This document shows, in pieces, positions 9,052-19,080 of a stretch of DNA of 64,000 nt. The stretch comes from Eubacteriales bacterium (lineage in GTDB: Bacteria > Bacillota > Clostridia > Oscillospirales > CAG-272). The stretch is from the NCBI GenBank assembly GCA_045580325.1, contig JAZNNR010000023.1, forward strand, positions 6,718-70,717, read 5' to 3'. The notes under the pieces were generated by a model. It did not search any database and had not been told where the DNA came from. It was given only the letters and a program-made list of their open reading frames with translations. The translations under genes and the position numbers were made by a program. Every line of letters begins with the position of its first letter. The first letter of the stretch is position 1.

Positions 9052-9951
9052 ATGGCATTTTGGGGAATGGACTTAAACCAATCTGATGAATTTTGCGAAA
9101 TATATAACGAATATATGGATCTATATGATATTGGACTCGAACCGGCTGAAATAACGCAACAAATGCTCCAAAAGTATCAAAAGGAGGCAATACCGCACAA
9201 TGCATTTTTTGCAATAGCAAAAGCAGGATGGTCTTTAGGCTTCCGTTCGGAGAGCGTTTTCTTGAGAGTAAATCAAATAATTGACAACCTAGAAAATATA
9301 ACATACTATCAATCGCTTGGCTTTTCCGAACAAGACATAAATGAACGATCCAAAAAACTTTTATGCTTTCAAGCATTATTGCAAACATCACCCAAAGCTC
9401 CGAGAAAGCGCAAAATATCAGCTTGCAATAGGCTAAAGCGATTGCCCAAGGGGACTGTGTCATATTATGAGGCTGATGACGGATATTATGGCTTTGTTGT
9501 CCTTGATGCCGTATATGAAGGACGCCTTCTCGCAATAACCGAAAAACTATCGGTTGTCCCGAAAAATATTGAAGACGTCCTAAATGCCACCGCTCTTACG
9601 GCAATTTGGTTGCTTTTACGCAAAGCCCCCAAGGGAAATCACGATATCGGAATCATTAAGGTGCAAGGAGACTACAACGGAAGAGCAGGCGTTTACCTTT
9701 GCCAACCCGTATCCTTTGGCATTAATTTTTCTTTTTATCTTGATGAGTGTCATCAAAGAGGATTATTACATTTTAAAGACCACAAGGTGCATGACCTGTT
9801 GGATGAAAATAATGTTCCCATCGAATTTTATTGTGAAGAAACAGCGAAAGAAGAGACAAGAATGGTTATAGATTTGATGAATAATCCAGCCTCGAAAATT
9901 GCAACAAACATGATTAGACACGCAATTAATTTAGAGGGGTTCTTTCATTAA
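9052..9951 (+). CDS. Hypothetical protein (orphan, AT-richer than its neighbours); the N-terminus is faintly DUF4259/immunity-protein-like
   Basis: 299-aa ORF with a GGAGGG SD 6 nt upstream. The MAFWGMDLNQSDEF start resembles the xWGxxxxxND motif of DUF4259. No other family recognised. Confidence 0.55.
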   Translation: MAFWGMDLNQSDEFCEIYNEYMDLYDIGLEPAEITQQMLQKYQKEAIPHNAFFAIAKAGWSLGFRSESVFLRVNQIIDNLENITYYQSLGFSEQDINERSKKLLCFQALLQTSPKAPRKRKISACNRLKRLPKGTVSYYEADDGYYGFVVLDAVYEGRLLAITEKLSVVPKNIEDVLNATALTAIWLLLRKAPKGNHDIGIIKVQGDYNGRAGVYLCQPVSFGINFSFYLDECHQRGLLHFKDHKVHDLLDENNVPIEFYCEETAKEETRMVIDLMNNPASKIATNMIRHAINLEGFFH

Positions 9952-9952
9952 T

Positions 9953-10020
9953 GTGAAATACGCCTGCGGCGTGTGAAATTCGCCTCGACGGCGAGTGGGT
10001 GGATTTAATTTAACTTTCTG
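9953..10020. repeat. GTGAAAT-N-CGCC repeats and mini-hairpins
   Basis: gtgaaatacgcctgcggcg, gtgaaattcgcctcgacggcga and ttctgcgaagcagaa. A related gtgaaataagcgg sits at 8722. Confidence 0.6.
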
Positions 10021-10157
10021 CGAAGCAGAAAATTGTAAAAAATTAACACTATTTTCAGTTTTTAAATAATTTGCCTTGTGTTTTTTAAAACTGTGTGATA
10101 TAATAAAACAAACATAAAATTTACTTGCGTATAGCAATATAGATCAAGGAGATACTT

Positions 10158-12056
10158 ATGGAAAATATCAGAATTCAAGACGACCTTTACACCTACGTCA
10201 ACCAGGAAAAGCTCGATAAGCTTGTTATTCCCGACGATAAGCCTGCAACAGGCGGATTTTCCGAGCTTGCGGACAGCGTTGAGAAGATCATGATGGACGA
10301 GTTCGAAACTATGTCTGAAAGCGAATCGTACCCCGACGAATATCTCGCAAGAGCCTGCAAGCTGTACGAGATCGCAAAAGACGCAGACAGAAAAGAAGCG
10401 CACGGTATTACTCCCGCGCTCAAACTTCTCGCCGCACTTGACGAAGTCAAAGAGCTCAAGGACTTCAGCGCGATGTATAAGACTCTCTCGCTGAAGGGAA
10501 TACCCACCCCTATCAATATCGGAGTTGAAACCGATATGAAGAACACAAAGCAGCGCCTTGTCTATATTCAGGGCGCGGGCGTAATTCTCCCCGATGCTTC
10601 CTACTATAAGCCCGAAATGGCGCAGCAGAAGGAGCAGATTATCGGAATTTGGACAAACGTTGCAAGGATGGTTATGACAAAGACCGATCTTTCTCCCGAG
10701 GAGCAGGAAAAGTACGTTAGCGACGCGCTTGCATTTGACGAGATCCTCGGCGGACTTGTAAAGACGAGTGAGGAATGGTCGAAATACGTCGAAATGTATA
10801 ATCCTATGGACACAGATAAGGTTAAAGAGATGCTCGCAACACTCGATCTCGACCTTGTTCTGAACGATCTTTTCGGATATGTTCCTTCGACTATCGTAGT
10901 AACCGAGCCGAGATTCTTCGGCGCGTTTGCAAGCGTGCTTAATGCAGAAAATCTCGAGCTCTACAAGCACTGGGCATACGTTACGGGACTTCTCAAATCC
11001 TGCAACTTCCTCTCCGAAGAGCTTCGCGATATGGGCGGTATGTATATGCGTGCGCTCACAGGCGTTGCGAAGATGCAGTCGATAGAAAAGTTTGCATATA
11101 ATCTTGCATCGGGAATGTACTCCGAGCCTGTCGGTATCTACTACGGCGAAAAATACTTCGGTAAGGAAGCAAAGAAGGATATTACCGAGATCGTATATCA
11201 GATCATCGATACTTACAAGGAAAGAATCAAGACCAATGAGATCCTCGGAGATGCCACAAAGGAAAAGGCAATTCTCAAGCTTTCCACAATGGGCGTAAAG
11301 ATGGGTTATCCCGATAAGGTAAGAGCTATTTACGATAAGCTCGTCTTTGACGAGGACGCATCGCTTCTTGACATTGTGATCTCGCTTAAAGCCGTTCACG
11401 AGCTTGATATTTTAAGTAAGCTGGATAAGCCCACAGAGCCTGAAAATTGGGCTATGCCGGGACATATGGTAAACGCCTGCTACGATCCCTTCGTTAACGA
11501 TATTACATTCCCTGCGGCAATTCTGCAGGCACCCTTCTATTCGCTGAAGCAAACACGAAGCGAAAACCTCGGCGGTATCGGCGCGGTAATCGGACACGAA
11601 ATATCCCACGCATTTGACAGTAACGGCGCAAAGTGCGACGAAAACGGTAACATCAACAACTGGTGGACAGAGGACGACTTTAAACGCTTTGAAGCAAAGG
11701 TTCAGCAGATGATAGAGCAGTTTGACGGCATCGAGCTTCCTTGGGGTAAGGTAAACGGAGCGTTCATCGTGAGCGAAAATATGGCTGATAACGGCGGTAT
11801 GTCGGTTACACTTGACATTATGTCGAGAACCGAGGGCGCGTCCTTCGAGGAATATTTCTGCAACTGGGCAAAGGTATGGTGTCAGAAGGGAAGACCTGAA
11901 TATCTCCAGATGCTTCTCTCTGTTGACGTACACGGACCTGCTATCCTGCGCGCAAATATGCCTCCGAGAAACTTTAGCGAGTGGTACTCGACCTTCGACG
12001 TAAAGGAAAGCGATAAGATGTATATCGCACCTGAAAAGCGTATTGTTATTTGGTAA
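10158..12056 (+). CDS. pepO: M13-family zinc metallopeptidase (PepO / neprilysin-like endopeptidase)
   Basis: VIGHEISHAFD (HExxH) and NACYDP motifs, a GENMADNGG motif (ENxADxGG-type), and a C-terminal ...RIVIW. Length is typical for the family. Confidence 0.9.
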   Translation: MENIRIQDDLYTYVNQEKLDKLVIPDDKPATGGFSELADSVEKIMMDEFETMSESESYPDEYLARACKLYEIAKDADRKEAHGITPALKLLAALDEVKELKDFSAMYKTLSLKGIPTPINIGVETDMKNTKQRLVYIQGAGVILPDASYYKPEMAQQKEQIIGIWTNVARMVMTKTDLSPEEQEKYVSDALAFDEILGGLVKTSEEWSKYVEMYNPMDTDKVKEMLATLDLDLVLNDLFGYVPSTIVVTEPRFFGAFASVLNAENLELYKHWAYVTGLLKSCNFLSEELRDMGGMYMRALTGVAKMQSIEKFAYNLASGMYSEPVGIYYGEKYFGKEAKKDITEIVYQIIDTYKERIKTNEILGDATKEKAILKLSTMGVKMGYPDKVRAIYDKLVFDEDASLLDIVISLKAVHELDILSKLDKPTEPENWAMPGHMVNACYDPFVNDITFPAAILQAPFYSLKQTRSENLGGIGAVIGHEISHAFDSNGAKCDENGNINNWWTEDDFKRFEAKVQQMIEQFDGIELPWGKVNGAFIVSENMADNGGMSVTLDIMSRTEGASFEEYFCNWAKVWCQKGRPEYLQMLLSVDVHGPAILRANMPPRNFSEWYSTFDVKESDKMYIAPEKRIVIW

Positions 12057-12074
12057 TAAAACTATAATAAAGAA

Positions 12075-12107
12075 AGTGCCGAGCATATCATTTGCTCGGC
12101 ACTTTTA
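12075..12107 (+). terminator. Terminator after pepO
   Basis: agtgccgagca / tgctcggcact stem followed by a T-run. Confidence 0.7.
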
Positions 12108-12246
12108 CTTAAAACGGATAATACCAAAACGAACTTTGCCAAATCTATTGACATTTTCGCGCTTTTGGTTTATATTATTGTTTGGCTAATACGGATATTG
12201 CCAAAATCATTTTAAAAAGAATAATATATAAGAAAGCGAATATAAA

Positions 12247-13191
12247 ATGTTAGTAATCTCACTCAGCCAGATGGCTGTTCTTGCGCTGTTCATACTTATC
12301 GGTTTTGTTGTTGCAAAATTAAAGGTGGTAAATTCGGACGCCTCGGGAGTGCTTTCCAAGCTTGAAAATAATATTTTCATTCCCGCGCTCGTTATGGGTA
12401 CGTTTATCACCAATTTCACCGTGGAAAAGGTAAGCACGGCGTGGAAAATACTGCTTTTTTCCTTTGCGGTGGAGCTTCTTGTAATTCCGCTTGCGATACT
12501 CTCTTCAAAGCTTGCAACGAAAAACGGGTATATACGCAAGATATACACCTACGGACTCTCGTTCAGTAATTTCGGATTTATGGGCATACCGATAGTAAGC
12601 GCTCTTTTTCCCGAGTACGAAATGTATTATATAATTTTCACCCTTCCGCTTTGGACGCTCATATACGTCTGGGGTGTTCCGAATCTTCTTATGGATACAG
12701 GTGAAAAGCACGGTATAGCGGGAAAGCTCAAGGCGCTCGTAAATCCGATGTTCGTTTCCCTTATAATAGGCGCACTTATCGGAATAAGCGCAGTAAAGCT
12801 CCCCGAGTTTATCACAAGCGTTGTGAATACCTGCGGAAGCTGTATGTCGCCCCTTGCGATGATAATTACGGGTATAACCTTTGCAAATATAAGCATTAAA
12901 AAGGTACTTACTGACAAGAGCATCTATTTCGTATCACTTTTGCGGCTTATCGTTATTCCTTGTCTGTTTGCGGGAATTTTCGTGCTGCTTCAGAAGCTTC
13001 TTTCCTTCAATGTCGAAGAATACTATTTCGTATGTATGCTTTGCTCACTCGCAATGCCTCTCGGACTTAATACGGTGGTCGTTCCTGCGGCATACGGCAA
13101 GGATACCTCGGTGGCGGCGGGAATGGCACTTATTTCCCACGTGCTCTCGGTAATAACCATTCCGATAATTCTTACACTTTTCGGTGTTTGA
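12247..13191 (+). CDS. AEC (auxin efflux carrier) family permease
   Basis: 314 aa, about 10 TM segments. N- and C-terminal repeats are typical of Mem_trans/AEC transporters. Confidence 0.75.
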   Translation: MLVISLSQMAVLALFILIGFVVAKLKVVNSDASGVLSKLENNIFIPALVMGTFITNFTVEKVSTAWKILLFSFAVELLVIPLAILSSKLATKNGYIRKIYTYGLSFSNFGFMGIPIVSALFPEYEMYYIIFTLPLWTLIYVWGVPNLLMDTGEKHGIAGKLKALVNPMFVSLIIGALIGISAVKLPEFITSVVNTCGSCMSPLAMIITGITFANISIKKVLTDKSIYFVSLLRLIVIPCLFAGIFVLLQKLLSFNVEEYYFVCMLCSLAMPLGLNTVVVPAAYGKDTSVAAGMALISHVLSVITIPIILTLFGV

Positions 13192-13209
13192 TATCACAGT
13201 ATAAGTAAC

Positions 13210-13231
13210 CCCGACGATTAAGCTCGTCGGG
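13210..13231. terminator. Bidirectional hairpin between convergent genes
   Basis: cccgacg / cgtcggg stem, with T-runs on one side. Confidence 0.5.
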
Positions 13232-13256
13232 ATTAAATCTTTTCATAGGTTCTACG

Positions 13257-13586
13257 TCAATCTTCGGGTGGAATACTCGGCAGAGCGTTTCCGTTTTTAT
13301 CTCTGTTTATAGGTGTCGCCTTGAGATGAAAATGAATACTGTTGCAAGGGCATACTAAATCGATATCATACTTTTCTTCAGATCCTCTGTAAGTGAAATC
13401 TCCGCCGCAACGAATGATCTCGCAGTATGTATACACCTCTGTCATCATTTTCGGGCACATTCCGGCAGGACATTCGTACGAAAATGTGAACTTGTCGCCC
13501 TTTTCAAATCCGAGTCGGCAATTTGAAGCTTTTCTATCGATAACTGTCAGATCAAACTGCCAATCTTCTATCACCCATTTTTTCAT
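13257..13586 (-). CDS. Small Cys-rich protein, TIGR04076-like
   Basis: 109 aa. CRLGFEKGDKF...CPAGMCPKMM...CGGDF pattern recalls the TIGR04076 family. Assignment is from memory only. Confidence 0.5.
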   Translation of the reverse strand: MKKWVIEDWQFDLTVIDRKASNCRLGFEKGDKFTFSYECPAGMCPKMMTEVYTYCEIIRCGGDFTYRGSEEKYDIDLVCPCNSIHFHLKATPINRDKNGNALPSIPPED

Positions 13587-13692
13587 AGACTGTATCTCCT
13601 TTATTTTTGCTAAAGCATTTTTTTACATTATATCATAAAATTGCAGGAAAAACAATGTTTTTGCTGAACTTTATATATTTCTCTTCTTATCG

Positions 13693-13762
13693 GTAGGGGG
13701 GATTCACGAATCGCCCGAAAAAGAACTACAAATCAAACGGGCGATTCGTGAATCGCCCCTAC
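13693..13762. repeat. Long inverted repeat GTAGGGGGGATTCACGAATCGCCCG - 20 nt - CGGGCGATTCGTGAATCGCCCCTAC
   Basis: About 25-nt arms, nearly perfectly complementary. Each arm is itself a small hairpin (gggcgatt/aatcgccc). It shares the GTAGGG...CCCTAC ends with the hairpin at 8826..8855. Confidence 0.8.
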
Positions 13763-13789
13763 GTATAATCCTATTCGTGTTTAAACAAA

Positions 13790-13818
13790 AACAAGCTCCC
13801 TCACACGAGGGAGCTTTA
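13790..13818 (-). terminator. Terminator of the P-type ATPase gene
   Basis: aagctccctc-acac-gagggagctt stem-loop, followed on the minus strand by gtttttgttt. Confidence 0.7.
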
Positions 13819-13823
13819 ATTTT

Positions 13824-16463
13824 TTAATGCTTACGATTCTTTATAAATCCAAAGAGCTTTCCGAGCTCCATCACAACGAATGGTGTGAGGATAAGTGCAA
13901 GAGCGATAAGATATAGCTTTGTAGAAAGCATAACAAGACCGAATGCTTTTCCTACGGGAGTGAAGAGAACGAGCGCTACAAGTGCTGTTGACGTCAGAGC
14001 CGCAAGATTAAGCGTTTTGTTGGTGAACGGTCCGATCTTGAAGAGCGAATGCTCGGAACGCATATTGAACGCCTGAACAACCTGTGAAAGAGCAAGGACC
14101 ATAAATGCCATTGTCTGACCTGCCTCGAGAGAGCCACCCATCTTTTCGCCGAGCCAGAAGCCAACAAGGGTAAGAGCGGCGAACATACAGCCCTGAAGAA
14201 CTACGCGGATACCGAGTCCGTTTGCGAAAATGCCTTCGTTTTTGGGCTTGGGCTTTCTTTCCATAACGTCCTTTTCAACCGCTTCCATACCGAGTGCGAT
14301 AGCGGGAAGAGAGTCTGTTACGAGGTTTATCCAAAGGAGCTGCATAGAGAGAAGGGGAGTCTTGTGCCAGAGAAGCATCGCAACAAATACCGTAATAACC
14401 TCTCCGATGTTCGTTCCGAGAAGGAATCCGACGACCTTCTTGATGTTTGCGTAGATTCCGCGTCCTTCGCGTACCGCTTCAACGATGGTCGCAAAGTTGT
14501 CGTCTGTAAGAGTCATATCTGCCGCGCCCTTAGCAACGTCTGTACCCGTGATACCCATCGCACAGCCGATGTCTGCGGCTTTAAGTGCAGGAGCATCGTT
14601 TACACCGTCGCCTGTCATAGACACGACCTGGCCTTTTCTCTGCCAAGCCTTGACTATACGTATCTTGTTTTCGGGAGAAACTCGCGCGTAGACCGAGATG
14701 CTTTCAACCGCTTCGTCAAGCTCGCTGTCTGTCATAGCGTCAAGCTGAGCACCTGTGATAGCGCGGTCACCGTCGAGAAGTATTCCAAGCTCTTTTGCGA
14801 TAGCTGATGCTGTAACGACGTGGTCGCCCGTGATCATAACAGGCTTGATACCTGCCTTGCGGCAGACCTCAACAGCTGCCTTTGCTTCAGGACGGGGCGG
14901 GTCGATCATACCGACAAGACCCATAAATGTAAGTCCGTTTTCGAGATCCTCTGACGTAGGATTTTCGGGAACTGTGTCAATTTCCTTGTAAGCAACGGCA
15001 AGAACACGAAGCGCATCCTCACTCATTTTGTTGACCATATTTTTAGCCGTTTCGAGATCGCCCGAAATACAGCGGGGAACCATCATATCGAAAGCACCCT
15101 TGACGATAACGATATTCTTTCCGTCGATGTTGTTGACTGTCGTCATAAGCTTTCGGTCGGAGTCAAAGGGAATTTCTGCAAGTCGGGGATACGTTTTGTT
15201 CAGCTCGTCCTTGGGCATCGAGTTTTTGTGAGCGGCAAGAACGATAGCCGTTTCTGTCGGGTCGCCAATGTGCTGCTCCTCGTCGCCGCGGAATATTACC
15301 GATCCGTCGCAGCAGAGAGTAGCGTATTTGAGAAGCTTTCTTATTTCTTCAGAGTTCTCTCGGCTGATAAGCTCGGGCTCGGACGCGCCGTCGATATATG
15401 CCTTTGTGAGAGTCATTCTGTTCTGTGTGAGAGTACCTGTCTTATCCGAGCAGATTATAGATGCGCTGCCGAGTGTTTCAACGGCAGGAAGACGTCTGAT
15501 AAGAGCGTTACGCTTTACCATACGCTGAACACCGATAGAAAGAACGATAGTTACGATAGCCGGAAGACCCTCGGGAATTGCCGAAACTGCAAGAGAAACG
15601 GCAGTCATAAAGATCTCAAGCGGCGGAATCTTGTTTACAAGACCGACCACGAATATTATAGCGCACGCGGCAAGAGCAACGATACCGAGGTATTTGCCGA
15701 GCTGTGCAAGCTTCTGCTGAAGGGGTGTCTGACCTTCGTTTTCGCTGTCGAGAAGGTTGGCTATCTTACCCATTTCGGTGTCCATTCCCGTAGCCGTTAC
15801 TACCGCGATGGCAGTACCGTAGGTTACGCTGCAACCCGAGAATACCATATTTGTGCGGTCGCCGATAGGAGCTTTTTCGTCAACTGTGATCTCAGCGTCC
15901 TTTTCAGAGGGAACAGATTCACCCGTGAGTGCCGATTCCTCGGATTTGAGGCTCACGCTGTGAAGAAGACGCGCGTCGGCAGGGATGAAGTCGCCCGCTT
16001 CGAGCTTGATAATATCGCCGGGAACAAGCTCGGAGGCCTCGATCACCTTTTCCTCGCCGTCGCGGATAACTCGCGCGTGCGGAGCTGACATATTTTTCAG
16101 CGCGTCAAGAGCTTTTTCGGCTTTGCTTTCCTGCATAACGCCCATAACGGCGTTGAGTATAACGATAAGAAGAATGAGAGCAGGCTCGAAAAGCTCGCCC
16201 CAATTCTGCTCGACGCAAACGATTACGAATGATACGATAGCGGCAACGATAAGAATAAGGATCATTACGTCCTTGAACTGATCGAAGAATCGCTGAAGCG
16301 TAGTCTTTTTCTTCTTTTCGCGAAGCTTGTTAGGACCGTACTTTTCCTGAAGCTCGGACACCTGTGCAGAGCTTAGACCGGTCTTAACGTCAGAAGCAAG
16401 AGAGCTCAAAACGTCATCTTTTGATTTGTTGTGAAATAGCAATTGATTTTCCTCCATAAGCAA
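13824..16463 (-). CDS. P-type Ca2+-transporting ATPase (P2-type, PMCA/SERCA-like)
   Basis: DKTGTLT phosphorylation motif, plus TGES, MITGDH, GDGVNDAPALK and PEGLP (TM4). 879 aa. Confidence 0.9.
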   Translation of the reverse strand: MLMEENQLLFHNKSKDDVLSSLASDVKTGLSSAQVSELQEKYGPNKLREKKKKTTLQRFFDQFKDVMILILIVAAIVSFVIVCVEQNWGELFEPALILLIVILNAVMGVMQESKAEKALDALKNMSAPHARVIRDGEEKVIEASELVPGDIIKLEAGDFIPADARLLHSVSLKSEESALTGESVPSEKDAEITVDEKAPIGDRTNMVFSGCSVTYGTAIAVVTATGMDTEMGKIANLLDSENEGQTPLQQKLAQLGKYLGIVALAACAIIFVVGLVNKIPPLEIFMTAVSLAVSAIPEGLPAIVTIVLSIGVQRMVKRNALIRRLPAVETLGSASIICSDKTGTLTQNRMTLTKAYIDGASEPELISRENSEEIRKLLKYATLCCDGSVIFRGDEEQHIGDPTETAIVLAAHKNSMPKDELNKTYPRLAEIPFDSDRKLMTTVNNIDGKNIVIVKGAFDMMVPRCISGDLETAKNMVNKMSEDALRVLAVAYKEIDTVPENPTSEDLENGLTFMGLVGMIDPPRPEAKAAVEVCRKAGIKPVMITGDHVVTASAIAKELGILLDGDRAITGAQLDAMTDSELDEAVESISVYARVSPENKIRIVKAWQRKGQVVSMTGDGVNDAPALKAADIGCAMGITGTDVAKGAADMTLTDDNFATIVEAVREGRGIYANIKKVVGFLLGTNIGEVITVFVAMLLWHKTPLLSMQLLWINLVTDSLPAIALGMEAVEKDVMERKPKPKNEGIFANGLGIRVVLQGCMFAALTLVGFWLGEKMGGSLEAGQTMAFMVLALSQVVQAFNMRSEHSLFKIGPFTNKTLNLAALTSTALVALVLFTPVGKAFGLVMLSTKLYLIALALILTPFVVMELGKLFGFIKNRKH

Positions 16464-16557
16464 AAAATGTTATTTTGATTAGTATATCAAATTTTCATCA
16501 CGATTTCAATAGATAAATATGTTAATATTTATATGATAATAAGTAAATAAGCATAAT

Positions 16558-16590
16558 CAAAAAGACCTTCTTTTTTGAAGGTCTTTTGAT
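16558..16590 (-). terminator. Terminator downstream of the GH2 genes
   Basis: aagaccttc-tttttt-gaaggtctt hairpin flanked by A and T runs. Confidence 0.65.
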
Positions 16591-16600
16591 ATAAGTCTGT

Positions 16601-18976
16601 TTAGTTTATCTCTGCCACCTTGTCTGTGATACCAAACTCGTCAGCAATTATCTTAACCCAGTTTTTCATCACTTCCCAGCTTGCCTTGCCTGTGAAAGCG
16701 TGGTTCTTGTATTCGCGCTCGCCGTCGCTCCAGCTTATTATCCAAAGCTCGGACTCTTCGCTGTTGTATATACGCTGAATAAGGGCGGAGGAGTTCTTTT
16801 CCTGTGATACTGTTCCTACGGCAAGCGTTTTGCTGTTTCCGCTCTTGTCGTAAGCCTTTACGCTGTAAGTGATCTTTTTCTCACTGCGCGTATCGTTAAG
16901 AGCGTAAAGCGCCATTTTGCCGTCAATTTCCGTGCGGACAGCCGCGAGAAGAAGCTCCTGATGGGATTTTTCTATCCAGAAGTAAGGAAGCTTCGGACCG
17001 AGCTTATAGTCCATAGCCGAATAGTTGAACGCCATGGGCCACATATCGCAAAGCGACCACCAGAGAACGCCCGTCTTGTTCCATCTTACCGTTCTGGAGT
17101 ACTCGATAGCGTCCTTGTAGCCTTCTGCGCAGAGAAGGTTTACAGCAAGAGCATATTCTTTCCACTCGTCAAGTGTGAAATCACGTCCGAAGAAGTGCTC
17201 GCATTCAAACTTTCCTGCGTTTCTCCAAACTGTGAAATATCCATCATTCTGATGTGTTCCGTTACTGTCAAGTCTTGGCGAGTCCCAAAGACGCTCCATT
17301 CTTGATTTTTCTCTCTCAAACGTAGCTTTGTCATTAGATATAGCGCAAAGCGGTCCGGGAGCGATCTCGCTGAATATCTTGTTTTTTGACTCTCGAAGTG
17401 CCTTGCCGAACATATGCGGAGCAACGTAGAAGTGAAGCTCTGTCGGAGAGAAAACACCCTTGTCGGTGTGAACGAGGAAGGTCGATTCATCTCTCCACGT
17501 CCATCTTGTATGACGGCTGCCGTGGAAACGGTCGGAGGACACGGGAGAGCTGTGTATGTAAGGGCGGTAAGGGTCGAATCTTACCACGATGTCGGGAATT
17601 ATCTTGCGTGTGATCGCTACCTGCGAGGGAAGTATCTGCGAGGTGGGCTGTACCCATTCCACACACTTGTCGCATTCATTATCTCCGCACCAGAGCGCAA
17701 GACAGGTGTGATTACGGTATTTTTTAACCACCTGCTCGGCTTCCTTTGCAACGAGCTTTCCGTATTCCTCGTTCATTGAGGGAATTTCACAAGCGAACAT
17801 AAAGTCCTGCCATACCATAATTCCGTGTGCGTCGCAGTAGTCGAAGAAGGATTTGTCCTCGTATATGCCGACACCCAAAACTCTTACAAAGTTACAGTGG
17901 AGGTTTGACATTTCTTTAAGCGCATCGAGTGTTTTTGTCTTTTTGTCTGCTTCGCTTGCAAACGGATCGCGGGGCTTCCAGCCCGTACCGCGTAAAAATA
18001 CGTTTTCGCCGTTGACTCTGAAGAGAAACTCACCTGTTCCGTCCTCGTTTATATCGTCGGTGTGTATTACGTCAATCGTGCGGATACCGTATTTCTGGGT
18101 GTAAAGAGCAACGCACTCTTCGCCCTCAAGCATTTCGATTTTCAGATCGTAAAGCTTCGGATTACCGAAGCCGCTCGGCCACCAAAGCTCTATTTTACTG
18201 CGCTCTACGCCGAATTTTACAAGTCCCTGGACGAATCTTGCAGGGAATATCGTGCTGTTTATAACCTCATCGCCATCGAGAAGAGATACGCGCAGACGGT
18301 GATCTGTGAGGACCTTTACGGGTGTTTTGTAAATATAAGAGATACCGAGTATTGCGTAATCGTCGTATAGCTCGTTTGTATAAACGTACATTTCCTCAAA
18401 ACGCTTCGGAGGGAGATCTTCGATATATACGTCGCGGATTATTCCCGACGTAATGATACGAGGAGCGTTATCCCAACCCCACTGAAGACGGTTTTTTCTG
18501 ACGTTTATAAATCCGTCGTAATGACCTTGGAAAAAGAGCGGTCTGCTGAACTCGTCGTGAGGATTTTCGCGCGCCCAAAGGTCAACGCTTCTGATAATAA
18601 CCTTAAGCTCGTTTCCTGTGGGCTTAAGATCGACCGCAAAGCGGTATGACATATGCATATTTTCGGTATTTCCGAGCTTTTCACCGTTAAGATAGACCTC
18701 TGCAAGAGTGTCTATGCCTTCAAACACGAGATTTCTCGTATATCCCTTGGGAAGCTCGGGCGCATCGAATACTGTCGTATACGTCCAGTCGTCAACGGTT
18801 TCGAATTTTGCGGTTGCAAATTCATAATCTGCGGGCATGTAGTCGTCGCAGAGCCCCATCTGCTGAAGGGTAGGTTCAACGTTGCTCGGAACGGGAATTT
18901 CGGTATTATAGGATTTCTCGTCAAGTGTAAAGTCAAGATTCCAAACGCCGTTTAAAGAGAAAATTTTCTTATCCAT
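16601..18976 (-). CDS. Glycoside hydrolase family 2, beta-mannosidase-like (paralog A), no signal peptide
   Basis: FEGIDTLAEVYLNGEKLG, GIMVWQDFMFAC and LALWCGDNE (acid/base Glu context) are typical of GH2 beta-mannosidases. 791 aa. Confidence 0.8.
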   Translation of the reverse strand: MDKKIFSLNGVWNLDFTLDEKSYNTEIPVPSNVEPTLQQMGLCDDYMPADYEFATAKFETVDDWTYTTVFDAPELPKGYTRNLVFEGIDTLAEVYLNGEKLGNTENMHMSYRFAVDLKPTGNELKVIIRSVDLWARENPHDEFSRPLFFQGHYDGFINVRKNRLQWGWDNAPRIITSGIIRDVYIEDLPPKRFEEMYVYTNELYDDYAILGISYIYKTPVKVLTDHRLRVSLLDGDEVINSTIFPARFVQGLVKFGVERSKIELWWPSGFGNPKLYDLKIEMLEGEECVALYTQKYGIRTIDVIHTDDINEDGTGEFLFRVNGENVFLRGTGWKPRDPFASEADKKTKTLDALKEMSNLHCNFVRVLGVGIYEDKSFFDYCDAHGIMVWQDFMFACEIPSMNEEYGKLVAKEAEQVVKKYRNHTCLALWCGDNECDKCVEWVQPTSQILPSQVAITRKIIPDIVVRFDPYRPYIHSSPVSSDRFHGSRHTRWTWRDESTFLVHTDKGVFSPTELHFYVAPHMFGKALRESKNKIFSEIAPGPLCAISNDKATFEREKSRMERLWDSPRLDSNGTHQNDGYFTVWRNAGKFECEHFFGRDFTLDEWKEYALAVNLLCAEGYKDAIEYSRTVRWNKTGVLWWSLCDMWPMAFNYSAMDYKLGPKLPYFWIEKSHQELLLAAVRTEIDGKMALYALNDTRSEKKITYSVKAYDKSGNSKTLAVGTVSQEKNSSALIQRIYNSEESELWIISWSDGEREYKNHAFTGKASWEVMKNWVKIIADEFGITDKVAEIN

Positions 18977-19080
18977 AATAAAATCTCCTATTTGATTTTA
19001 TTTTAGTTTGCAAACAGTTTAACACATGTTTGCACGTTTGTCAATAGAAATCAAATAGGAGATATATTATTTAATTATAT

